A stretch of DNA of 64,000 nucleotides from Phoronis australis (Eukaryota; Animalia; Phoronida): the NCBI GenBank assembly GCA_002633005.1, contig NMRA01000254.1:155722-219721 (forward strand), read 5' to 3'. The position numbers and the translations under genes were made by a program. Shown here piece by piece: positions 13,261-24,853 of this stretch. Within the stretch, counting starts at the first letter, position 1. The number at the start of each line of letters is the position of its first letter. The notes below the pieces were generated by a model, which ran no database searches, was not told the origin of the DNA, and was given only the letters and a program-made list of their open reading frames with translations.

Positions 13261-16200
13261 TCTACAAGTTTTACAGTTGGACAGTAGTTCTCTACCTATC
13301 ATTTCTAATCTCCCGCGTAATTAAAGATATCACTAGATTTTTGTTCAAGTTTTTGCTACAACTCTAACTGGGCAGTAGGTGTACATCTTACACAAAAATA
13401 ATTCGGCGAAATCATTAATCGTCTTTTGAGTGGTTTTAAAAACAAAAGCTTAAATAGTATTCTTTTTCGAATAGTACAAAAATCGATGGACTCCGTACAA
13501 GGATAATCCACCCTTGAGACAAATTTCTTCAAACATAGACAACTAAAAAGCTCCAACTCAGTAATTTCGAGTTATTTTATCTTAAATATTTGAGATATTT
13601 CCCAAATTCCTTTAGATACGCTGAAATTGGTCGTTGTATTCTAAGGCTAAATTTACCCCAATTTTGCAAATCGTGGTAATTTACTTGATACACTTTTTTA
13701 CAAGGTTTATAGAAAACTTGTTATTTCAATAAGCAGTGAGGAGTCATCCGTGATTTGTTATTAAATAACCGAGTTCACGAAATGACGCACGTTATTAACT
13801 TCTATTGTGAGTGAAAAATCACCTTGGGCAAAAATTGATCTCTTTAAAAACGAGATAGAAGTAATCCGTGGCCGTCTACTGTTACCGTGTATAGCGTGAC
13901 AATACTACTTAGACAATTATTACAAAACGAGAGTCCTTAATTTGGGGGAAATAAATAGTAAATTTCAAGGTATTTACTAAAACTGAGGTTTCCAGCATTT
14001 CCCAGTCACTTTATCCGTTTTTTTTTTCAATCTGGTCTTGTAAAACAGTTTCTGAAATTAATATTGTAATCTGTTCCTTAACCTTTTAGCTTAAAACATG
14101 TTTAAAACGAAATTAGGGTATGGTTGAGTAAACATTGTTTTTAAAACTATTTCATGCTGTCTATCCTAGGACAACGTTGATTTCGGTCCATTTAAACCAG
14201 GATTCAGAGGTTTAAACTATGGAGATAAACTGAGGAGATTATAGTGGGCTTAGAGAATAAACAAACGTTACTATGGCTGCGCTCACGCTTTGTGATTTAC
14301 AAAATCCGACAATTAAATAAAACAAGATTGAGAAGATTTTTATTCATTTCGATGTTTCTCTTGGCGTCGTTTAGATGCCAAAATACCATCCATAAGCTTT
14401 GTTGAGAACATAATATACTTTAAGAAAACAAGACGTGTTTTAAAACTTTTCGTAGTTCAGAGCTCGAATTATCATTTTTTTCTCTGAAAGACGCTAATTC
14501 AAGGGAAAGCGACAATCACCGTGGAAACATTTATACATAATGTCGCTTCAACACAGCTACACCTGTGGTCTTGGGTTGGCTAAGTGATTCTTACCAGCAG
14601 TTTGCTGTTGATATTTTACTGAAGTTAGGAGAAATTTTTGAGTGGTATTGTATATATACGCACTCTTGCATGTGAAACTTCCGTCTATATTCAGAATTAT
14701 GGAATACTTGCTAAAACCGAGGAGCAAAATTTTAAAATGTTATGTGAGTGAAATTTGACTTATCTGTTACAAAATAGTAAACTTTGGCGTGTATTTAAAC
14801 CGAGCATTAAATGAAAAGTACTAATAACGGACGAAACACGCATCAAAATGCAGATGAAGATCCGCCTGTGCATATACGTGAAGCGCGGGACACTGTAACA
14901 AAACACGTTATTTAAGAAATAGGGTCGAAATACGCGCAAATAACGGTTACAGTCGAAACGAGGTGTGTACGTAGTTTTGTGTAAGAGCAAAACCAAAACG
15001 TTTTTGAACTTTGTGACGGCAAGAACACGGACACATTGCTTTGTAACTTTTTGAAATTTCTGCACAACATGGTGACGGAATTCACAAAAACTTCTACAAT
15101 ACATTTTGCCAAGGAGTCCCGTTGTAATTATATACAGTTCGTTACACTCCAATAATAAAGACGTATCCCTTGCAACTACAACGCTACACCGCTTATACAG
15201 TAGTTACTACTCAGAATATTGAACATTAGTAAGTTTACCAGTTTCAAAAGGTTTTTTCAACGTTGGAACCTTATGAATCCGGACAAGATTTTCACAAAGT
15301 ACCTCATACAGTATGCATGGCATTTCTATATGAATTTAAGGATACGTTTTGCTTGAAACGATCAAAATGACTGAGCCACATTGAGTCAAACAATAAGAAC
15401 CAGGAAGATTATTATCATATCCTTGGTTAGAATGAATATTACAATGTTATAAATCAACCCGTATTCATGTATTTCGGACCTCCGAAAGCTAACCATCTAC
15501 ACAGTGCCCACGACACCGCGGATCCATGACGACAGGGGAGTTTGACAATGGACAAACGCAATTAAAACAATACAAAAACGGTCGAGCAATGGTTACGGAC
15601 TCTATGGACCCCCTGGACTCGTGTCTACGCGGCACACATTAATTGTAATTGTACATTCCATTGACATTTTGAGAAAATGTTACCAGACATCAATACGACT
15701 TGCACATGTAGAATACACAGTGCTTGGCACTACAAGCCAACAACAAACAATTAACAGTTTAAGAAATCAAATTCTCGACACTTGCCATTTTGTTACTTAA
15801 CTTTGCTTTTTACTTAAATTTTCAAGAAAGCCAACGAAACGAACAAAGCCTAAACGATACAGCTTGTCGTGCTACGTTGCTAAACAAATTTAAACTATCG
15901 TATTAAATATGGGACTCATGGCTTACCCCTTGCGGTGAAGAATTCATCAACATTGAAAATCAGCGGTTACACTGCTTCTATGGTCTTCGTTCTGCGAGCT
16001 GATAGCGCGTTATGTTGAATAATGAAGCCGGTACTGACCTCTTGTAACGGGGAGTGGAAGCGAAACAAAATGATATTCAACGGTAGAGGGAGCTCTTCGT
16101 TAGCGTATCTAATGCGGTTGGTCGACCACCAGTGTTAAAAACAAATGCACCAAACATTTATTGCGATGAAAATACGGCGTTGCTTTGGATTTGTAATAAC

Positions 16201-16803
16201 TTGAGAATTGTATTCGGATAAACAAGGAACGGTGTACGGATTTGTTTTAACCTTAACAATATCAACTCCAGTGAAGGTGCCAACAGAAAACGCCGGACAC
16301 AACATGAAGGTAAAAAAATATGAGCACACTCCAGGAAATCGCTCTCGCATTGTATCCAGTATCCAGGATCTCATTCACTCCGTCATACATCCACTAGTAA
16401 GATCGAACTCAGAAGAGTAGGAGACACTTTTGTGCAATGCTCGAGTCATTGAGCCAACTTAATGAATCCGGCAGGATTCGAAAAGGCAAGGTCTCCCAAA
16501 CTTTGAACACTGAGTCCGGAGCTCAAACCACTAAGGCACACTGTCTTTTCATACACAGATTCACTACCCAGACTGAGCTCAGAGGAGTAGCAGCCCATTT
16601 GTGCAATGTTCGATTGTCTGCCAGTGTTAGACTTGAATCTGGGCCTCCCTGACGGCCGGCGATACGGAGCTCAAACCAGCGGCCTATTCATTGCTTGTAC
16701 CAGAACTCGGCAAAACTAAATGTAAAGACAATGAAACATATTAATGGCAGTGCCTCAAAAGGCCCTTTCATATTGGCTTAACTCCGGTCTGAGCGGAGCG
16801 TCG

Positions 16804-17280
16804 CAGTGGCGGATCTAGGATATCACAATTAGGGGGGTGGCCCAAAATTTTGTCCGGCTGTAAGCATTTGCGCCAACCACGATTGTGGATGCGCATAGCA
16901 CCGAATGGGGGGAGGTCAGGAGGGGGGTTTGCCCCCAGGAAAATTTTCTGTTTTTTTCTTCTATGAATCAAGCATTTTCCTTGATTCCTGAAGTATTATC
17001 CAAGGAAAAAAACACGGAGAACGTGTCAAACAGGAAAAACTGCAAGTACCATAGACTCGAACTCACGACCTGGCGGATAGAGCGCGCGTGCTTTACCAAT
17101 ACACCACCACGATTTAACTACTAATCCCATACTAAGAGACCTACTTGTTTATGGTCCACAGAGTTTGCGCGCGAAACCTTCTTTTTGTAATGCTTATTGC
17201 ACGTTTTATATTTTGTGCAATCGGTTCTTAACAAATTTGTTGTATTTAAAATAGTCTTCAAATGCCCAAAAGACCAAATC
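16804..17280. mobile_element. Dispersed repeat, copy 2 (same family as 3281-3772)
   Basis: Colinear with 3281-3772 from CAGTGGCGGATCTAGGATATCACAA to ccaaaagaccaaatc. Confidence 0.8.
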
Positions 17281-17602
17281 CGTTTTTCGTGTTGGCAATA
17301 ATGACGGGATTGCTTTGGAAATCGTCTTAAGTTAAGGTTAGACAAAGAGAGAATTATGAGTTTCTGAGTGATTCACTAAGGCTTCGATTAAAATTCTCAT
17401 CGCAAGGTAGTGCTGCACGCTAAGATTTTTTCAATGTGACAATTTGGGAACATTTATATGTGCTAAATGACATTAAACTTACTTTTAAATCGATTTGTTA
17501 TTATTAGAGCAAAATATAAGCAGCTATTAGTGACGGCACTATCCTGTAACTGTTGACGATAACAGTGGCACCTGGCGATAACTTCGATTGGACCGAAGTT
17601 AA

Positions 17603-17768
17603 CCTTTCATACTGCACCGCAACGTCGACGATGCGCTGTATTAAATCCACCTATTAACTGCGATGTTAACTGGAGCTGTTAACTTCGATCCAGGACTGGA
17701 GTTAAGCGTTCATACTGACCGCAACTCGGCCCCAATCTATCGACGCGTCGACGTTAGTATGAAAGGCC
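17603..17768. mobile_element. Small MITE-like inverted-repeat element (possibly PIF/Harbinger-type)
   Basis: CCTTTCATACT at the left and AGTATGAAAGG(CC) at the right, with internal aacgtcgacg/cgtcgacgtt inverted repeats. Confidence 0.45.
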
Positions 17769-18848
17769 CTATATATGCAGTGCAAGGAGCTAATTTTTCA
17801 TTTACTCCATCACCATTACTATGAAATTGATCTCAACTTGTTCGGCTCAGATGAGAAGTGATTTTTCGTCTGGCCCCAATTAAGAACGGACACTTTTAGT
17901 TATTGCTCGAGAGTAAAATGACATCCCGTGACATGTCACTTTGTAGAACCTGGTTTCCAGCAATAACGCCGAACTGCCAGTTCCTTCCAAGCCCCAGACT
18001 CATATCGATTTGCCAAGAAATAATTCTAAGACCAAGTTCACAGCTGTAAGCGGTCAAAATCAAAAGTCGCGCTTTCCGTTAAAACACCGTTTGATTTAGG
18101 CCATTTCCTGTTAAACTTGATTGATTCATTTTTTATCTAGCTGTTTCTTATTCGTATTAAAATGACTTCAAGGCACAGGAAGGACCGCCAGATCATTATA
18201 ACGTGTCTCAGTCCACGCTTATTTTAGTTGCTTGTCACGGCGGGTTTGTTTCATTCGACAGGCCTGTATACGGCCGTGATGGGGCACCCGGGCCAAGCCT
18301 TTCAGTGAAACCAAATTTCAATTACAACAAATGACGACGTTGCTTTGCAAGAAGACCGAAACGCATACGAAGAAAGCTGATCAAGTTTCAACGCCACAAC
18401 ATAGTTCATGCCGCAAACCAGATTCAAATATTTGTAGCGAAACACACTGTACCAGAACATCAAATGTAATGGCTGCACTTGAGTGACTTCGCCAGTTCCG
18501 TCAGGTCAACCGGCTAACAGTTGATTCGTTCTCGATTATGACTTCTGCCACTTACAAAACAACCACGTGTCCATCAGACCAAAGTGAAAGACTTATCTTG
18601 CGCATCACATTCCATGTCTTTATCATGATTGAGTCAAACAAGCTTCCGGTCCTATTCCTGGTGTCGCTCATGTCATGAGTGGACGGGGCGTGTTTTGAGG
18701 CGGCCACTCGTGTGAGTCTACAATGTACGTTTCCACGTAGTGACCCCAGCCCGCCACGTTACATTTGAAAATCGGTGTGTCTCTCGTTCAGTGCCACGTC
18801 ACAAGCCACTTTTCCGAAGAAACGATCAATCAACTGAATTGAGAGTTA

Positions 18849-19271
18849 CGGTGGCTTTGAAAGGACGGCACGGCAAGATTTTTTTCTCCGTTGTTAACTC
18901 TATCCGATAGACTTATTAACTCTATCGATAGACTTACTGTCTCTATCGATAGAGTTACTATATCTATCGATAGACTTATTAACTCTGTCGATACTACTAT
19001 CTCTATCGATAGACTTACTATCTATATCGATAGACTTATTAACTCTATCGATAGACTTACTATCTCTATCGATAGACTTATTAACTTTATCGATAGACTT
19101 ACTATCTCCATCGATAGACTTACTATCTCTATCGATAAAGTTAGTAAGTCTATCGATAGAGTTAGTAAGTCTATCGATAGAGATAGTAAGTCTATCGATA
19201 TAGTTAATAAGTCTATCGATAGAGTTAGCAACGGAGAAATATGGTTGCCGTGCCGTCCTTTCACAGCCAGG
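18849..19271. mobile_element. Fold-back MITE with TA flanks and an internal 21-bp TATCGATA minisatellite
   Basis: Left TA|CGGTGGCTTTGAAAGGACGGCACGGCAA...TTTCTCCGTTG is mirrored by CAACGGAGAAA...TTGCCGTGCCGTCCTTTCACAGCCAGG|TA. The interior has ~16 units of CTCTATCGATAGACTTA(C/T)TA that switch orientation near 19135. Confidence 0.85.
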
Positions 19272-19931
19272 TAAAGACTCGGTACAAAGTCATCTGTACA
19301 GTTTCCACCGATCTCCACCCATCAGTGACGTGTAAAATCGTCGAGAATTCTCAGGGAAAATTAACAGTGTCTGTGACAGGCTTTCGTGAATGAAGTCTTG
19401 GTCGCCAGTTCCCAAAGAAACTTTTGCAATCGAAGGTCTCCTTATCTCGCACACAATTTCACCGACAGAATAGGTTTGCTGCACAAAATAGTTAATATAG
19501 TCTGATCAACTTAAATGAGTAGAGACAATTAGAATGCACCTGAACTACCAAAATGGGCACCGGCGGCTTAGTCAGAGCTCTGGTCTTAGTTACATTATGT
19601 GCACATTACGGAAATACATAGACCTTGGCATCCAAATGAAGCCAATTGAACCTTCAGGCCCGTAGCCAGGGGGTTCGGGGGGGGGGGGTTCTATCAAACC
19701 CCCGCGGAAAAGGTTAAGCCCCAGCATATTCGTTACGTATACGATATAGATGAACAACAAAGTCAACAAAATTGTTGTAGTTATTATTGATACTACGAAC
19801 TACAATAAAAATCAAGTTGCTAATAATTTCAAATTTGGTTCTGCCACGCGCCTTAGGTAATAACGTGGGCCGTACCCGGCCAACTTCGCCATGTGGCCAT
19901 GTGTTTGCGTACTAGATGACAGGTTCGCGCA

Positions 19932-20200
19932 CATGCGTGCACCCAGGGGGGAGGGGGGCTCTGCAGGGGGCTCAAATGAGCCCCCCATTTGGCGAAGTGG
20001 GTAAATAGGTCCGCCTCAGAGAAACAAAAAGTCCGAGAAAACGAGACAAAAGTCCACTAAAAAGGCACAGACACACAGTTCACAGACCTGAGGGTGGTAC
20101 CCCGTTTTTTGATTTTTTAGCCCTCCCGCGTTTTTGTTAGCAAAACGTCCACTTTGTCAGAGATTCGAGCCCCCCATATTAAAGACTGCGTGTGCGCATG
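19932..20200. mobile_element. MITE-like element (CATGCG... termini)
   Basis: catgcgtgcacccag ... ctgcgtgtgcgcatg imperfect TIRs with GGGGGCTC/GAGCCCCCC subterminal motifs. No clear TSD. Confidence 0.45.
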
Positions 20201-20219
20201 GCTCAGACGACAGTTTTAA

Positions 20220-21415
20220 AGGCGAAGGCAACCTTTTTATGTCACTTTTAGTAAAAATAAGGTTCGTTGATTATCCCAGACACATTTTTCACTTAATTAC
20301 AGCTTTTCGTAATTTGATTAATTTCTCGTCCTCTACTCCGGAAGTGACGTTTTGGGAGGCAAGAGTTTCGAGCCAATTTCTTTTCATTATAGTCTGATTG
20401 TGAGAGCTGTCGAGTCAGTCATTGTTCTACCTCGGTTGTGATAAGTTCGGTCGTCGTTTGCTTTTGTTTACAAGTTAGTCAACATGCCGCGCTGTTGTTG
20501 CGTGCCGGGATGTACTCATTATCGTCTCACACGCGCTTTGGGTACCTTGCGTCGCTTTCCGAAGGATGACACACTTCGCCGTACTTGGCTAGCTCGTTCA
20601 TGTGAAGAACGCAACGCTACCCGTACACGCAACGTACAAAGCAGAAGAGGGTTACCGAGTGTGTGGCAAGCATTTTCTGCCTTCAAATTATGACAGATAT
20701 GTACGCTGAATTCGTGAAGGTTCCTGCGAAACAACGCCTGAAGAAGGGTACCATACCGTCGCTGTTGATTCCCGGCAGTGCCCCGTCGCCAACCCCGAGA
20801 AGTGCGTTTTTGAAGCGAGAACCCTCGCGAGCTGTGGCCACTATGTACAGTGAGAGTAATGGGAGTGAATACAGGCCCAGTTCCACACCCAGTGAAGAGG
20901 ACAGTTCCTCATCCAATGAACAGATCGGTGAGCCTAAGTTTGATAAGTTTATTGTGGACTTGTATTGGATCTATTTGGAAGGTGCCAGGTGTGTGGAGAG
21001 GGAGTCACACGGCGGAATGTAAGCAGTTTGGGTGCTCAGATCACCCTCCAGTGGGAGTGTGTCGCGGGACACTCGGGCAAGTGGGACAGTTCTTCCTCTG
21101 TACGTGAGACGATAGTGAGTACACCCCAGTACGCAGCAACAGCGTGGCATGTTGACTGACTCGTAAGCAAAAGCAAACCACGACCGAACTTATCACAACC
21201 GAGGTAGAACAATGACTGACTCGTGAGCTCTCACAGTCAGACTATATGAAAAGAAATTAGCGCGAAATTCTTGCCTCCCAAAACGTCACTACCGGAGTAG
21301 ACGACGAATAATTAATTAAATTACGAAAAGCAGTAAGTAAGTGAAAAATATGTCTGGGATAATCAACGAACCTTATTTTTGTTAAAAATGACATGAAAAA
21401 AGGTTGCCTTCACCT
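20220..21415 (+). mobile_element. Kolobok-superfamily DNA transposon derivative with ~311-bp inverted arms
   Basis: TTAA flanks (20216-20219, 21416-21419) and AGG...CCT termini. Arms 20220-20530 and 21104-21415 are inverted copies. A THAP-transposase fragment lies inside. TTAA TSD, RR termini and a THAP domain are the established Kolobok signature. Confidence 0.85.
20484..21103 (+). pseudogene. Frameshifted, truncated THAP-domain transposase N-terminus
   Basis: Read across frames: MPRCCCVPGC...RFPKDDTLRRTW / YRVCGKHF / RLKKGTIPSL (THAP C2CH and AVPT-like box), then KFIVD / DLFGRCQVC...GAQITLQWECVAGHSGKWDSS (Cys/His module). At least 3 frameshifts and no DDE core. Confidence 0.85.
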
Positions 21416-22690
21416 TTAAGACACTTTATTACTGACAGTCGCAAGCCACAGATTACCACAGTGACTCTACAGAGAGACCGTAAAGCGGGAGTTGTTAACG
21501 TTTTTGCTGTACCATAGATTAACACGAGCCTAGAACTAAATGCCGCGAGAGGCCCCAAAACGTAGTGTGTGAATGGCTTCAAATCGATCAACCAACAAAA
21601 CAGCAGAAGATAGGTGTGTTACCTAAATTTTTGGTATAGTTGCCAGCATATAGTGGTGTGCAGGCATTTTTAATTTTCGAAATGAAAGTGATCGTCGAAT
21701 ATATTGTTCATCCAGTGTACGCTTCGACTGTGGATTGGTGGATTGGCATGCATGTGATGTGTGCATTTTCACTTTTTTAAATGCAGTACACGAAACTTCA
21801 ATAGCCAGTCCTCTGTTTTGCTCGAAACGCAGACATTTCACTACCGTGTTTTCTCGCACTAAGAAAATCCCGCAGACGAACATGTTCACATTATTAGGGC
21901 TAAAATTGGGCTTAGATCTATTAAAAATATTTGATCAACGAAGGAAAGCCTTCTCTTGTAAATCATTGTCAATGGTGCACAACCTCGCAGACTTCATACA
22001 AGCAACAAACTTGAAGGAAGAGATTTCCAAGGTTACATATCATAACTCTTAAGGTTCATTATTGCGAAAAAATGTTCACAGGTCCGACAATTTACTGCTC
22101 TTAACCTCATGAGAATTCATGACAAAAAGAGCAGAAAATAGATTTGTTATTACTTTGTTTATAAATGAGCTCAGTTCTAATCACTGCCAATCTTGCATCT
22201 AACTAAGATCTCATTCTCAAGCAGGGACAACATCGGATCGGACCTGCCATGCGGCGACCAACGGCGGTTCTAAATTTAAAAAAACTGAATGGGAATGTTT
22301 GACTTCTTGAAAACTGACCCGGACAGGGTAACCTACTAATTACATTTAGTTTCGACCTGGCCATGCGCATTGTTGCGGTGGGAGAGCTTGAGGCCCAGCG
22401 GCCCCAAACTTTTCAACCAAGCTGTGAAATGATGGGATCACGACGTGGATTTGATGAATGTATCGTGGTTGATAATTGATAAATATTCCTACTTCATAGC
22501 CTTTTAAAAATGCAAGTACGTACTCATTTTCTTTATTCGTAAGGCTGGTTGGCAATTTCGCATGCGCATGAAAGTGGGGCGTTGTTTTCAGTTGGGTATA
22601 GGTAGACCAGTCAGTGCATCTAAAAACCGAAGTATCGTTTTTTGCATGTAAAAGTATAAAAGATACAATCGAGTCCAATATTTAGATATT

Positions 22691-22792
22691 TTCGGAGTAG
22701 CAAACCTTCGGAGTAGCGAACATTCGAAGTAGTGGACCTTCGGAATAGAGAACCTTCAGAGTAGTGAACCATCGGAACAATGGGCTGTTCCC
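22691..22792. repeat. 16-bp minisatellite (TTCGGAGTAGCGAACC, ~6 copies), probably the arm of a decayed MITE
   Basis: Tandem units are directly visible and end in gggctgttccc. Confidence 0.7.
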
Positions 22793-24820
22793 GTTTCCAG
22801 CGATATCAGCAAAACGCAATATACAACTAGATAAAAAATTTTAAGTCATTTTCCCACTAAAAATTTCCGTTCGAGTATACAATGAGGTTTAATAACTCAA
22901 TTAAACAGGCTTGATTTGAAAGTTTGGCAAGGATTAACGAGAGAACGTTCTTTTTCAGACTCAGTGGACCACATTACATCCGAATTTGAGTCCCTTTCTT
23001 TGTGAGCAACCGTCACGACATCATCATTTCTTGTATTACGAATTCCGTTTCATCTCAGGAACATAGAGCCGAGTTCATCGCTGTGTATACAGATTTCCCC
23101 CTAATTGAGCTGCATCAAGGGCCTTACAGAAAACTTTACAGAGTAGACGTTTGCAAACTATCAAAGGTCCGTCGTTCTAGAAATTCGAACCAAACCCCGC
23201 GTAATGCTGGCTACCGGCCTGCCTTTGGAGTTGTACAGTGTTCCCATTTCCAACGCTATGAGCAACATACAGTGCTGTAATGGGGCGTACAGGGCGCACG
23301 TAGGCGCAGCCAACGACCTTTCGTCATTTAAACGCAGCGCGTACGCAACGTAAGTTACTTTATTTATAGTGGGGGGGGGGGTTTGGCGCTGCCAACCATC
23401 TTTTTACATCTTAACGTAGTGCCTACGCACAATGACAGCATAGTGGGGTGTTGTATTGAACTTAACAAGAGCTAACGGTATCGCTGACGACAGCATTATT
23501 GCCGAATAAATTAAATGAAAAATAACAGCTGCTTGAAAGAAAACTCTACTTCAAATTTGTGCATTATATATGAGAGCATGCACGTGGGGACATTGTACCG
23601 AGTACAATGGGTGGGGCAGCACTGAAATAAATGGTGCGCCCCGCGGGAAAAGGGGGATCGAAGGGGCCCGAGAACGCACCCCACGGGCAACTAAAAAACG
23701 CCGCCAGCAGATCGTTTCTGTGCGTTACGCGCCTATTTTCCTTAAAACTTCAGAGAGACCGCTTGGAATGCACGCAGACCGTTGCCCTTTTGTGTGGTTG
23801 GACCCCATCCCGCTAGATTCTCCAGTGCAGACTCGAAGTAAATATCCACTCGTGAGTAAAAAATTGGCCTACATGTTTGTGAATCAGGTTTTGCGAATTC
23901 AATGCACTTTTAAAATTTAGTGCTCAAGATGAAAGACGGTGGACATTGGGCGCCTACTTACCTCTAATTTTATCACTACAGCACTGGCAACATATTAAGT
24001 AAGCCATTCTCTGACTAAATGTTTCCGTCCGAGTATGTGATAGAGTACAATCACTAATTTATCATTAATCCAGAAAGAGAACTTTGGGTCCCGTTTTTTG
24101 CGAGTAACAGTGAAGCCATAGTCATTTCTGGGATTAGACCTACGAATTCTGTCTCATCTCTAAAAATGGAACCACCAAGAGTCTTCGTGGTGTGTACGGG
24201 TTTCCCTTCTGCCGATTTAAGCTGTGTAAGGGCGCTACCGAAAAAATGGCTAACGTTTGCGAAATATGATCAAAAAGTCCTCCGTTTTAAAAATTCGCCG
24301 CGCTATGCTGGCTACGGGCCTGACCTGTAAAAAGTATCATGCCTGGTCCACGAGTCGCCGCGCCACCTATTGGGTTTGTGAATTATCTGGTTAACTGCAA
24401 TTTATTTGTGTAGGCGGTACATGATCAATTGAATTGAGGTTATCGCGATGTTTATCACTAGGTGTTATAATTACTGCTGCGTTATACTCAGTCAGATGCC
24501 ACCTGAAAATACGTCTTCACCTTTGGTCTTCCCAAAGTACCTCAAGCGAAACCTTTGCTTAAAGACACTTTGAAACTAAAAACGCTTGTTAAAACTGGAA
24601 CATTTATATCAAACACTGACTTAAAAGTTTCAAATCTTATGGAAATAGCGTGGGTGCCACCGTGACCAAACGCGATAGTCTGTCAAGCGATTGCGGCAAA
24701 ACTTAGAAATATTTTCCCGATAGGTGGCACTCTAAGTCAAAACTCGATGTGGAACATCATGAGGGCTCCCATATGGAAAGCAATGTGAACTGACAGAGCC
24801 ACCCTCATGGTAAATATTAC

Positions 24821-24821
24821 A

Positions 24822-24852
<31 letters not shown>

Positions 24853-24853
24853 A
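24821..24853. repeat. (TAAA)n microsatellite
   Basis: About 8 tandem ATAA units. Confidence 0.9.

Noticed and set aside
9981-15450. DMRT-like ACAATGT sites upstream of Dmrt (autoregulation)
   Set aside because: The few short matches are expected by chance in AT-rich DNA.
18891-19318. Repetitive ORFs (SIDRLTI)n, or a CRISPR-like array
   Set aside because: These are translations of a 21-bp minisatellite. There are no unique spacers and no cas genes, and the context is eukaryotic.
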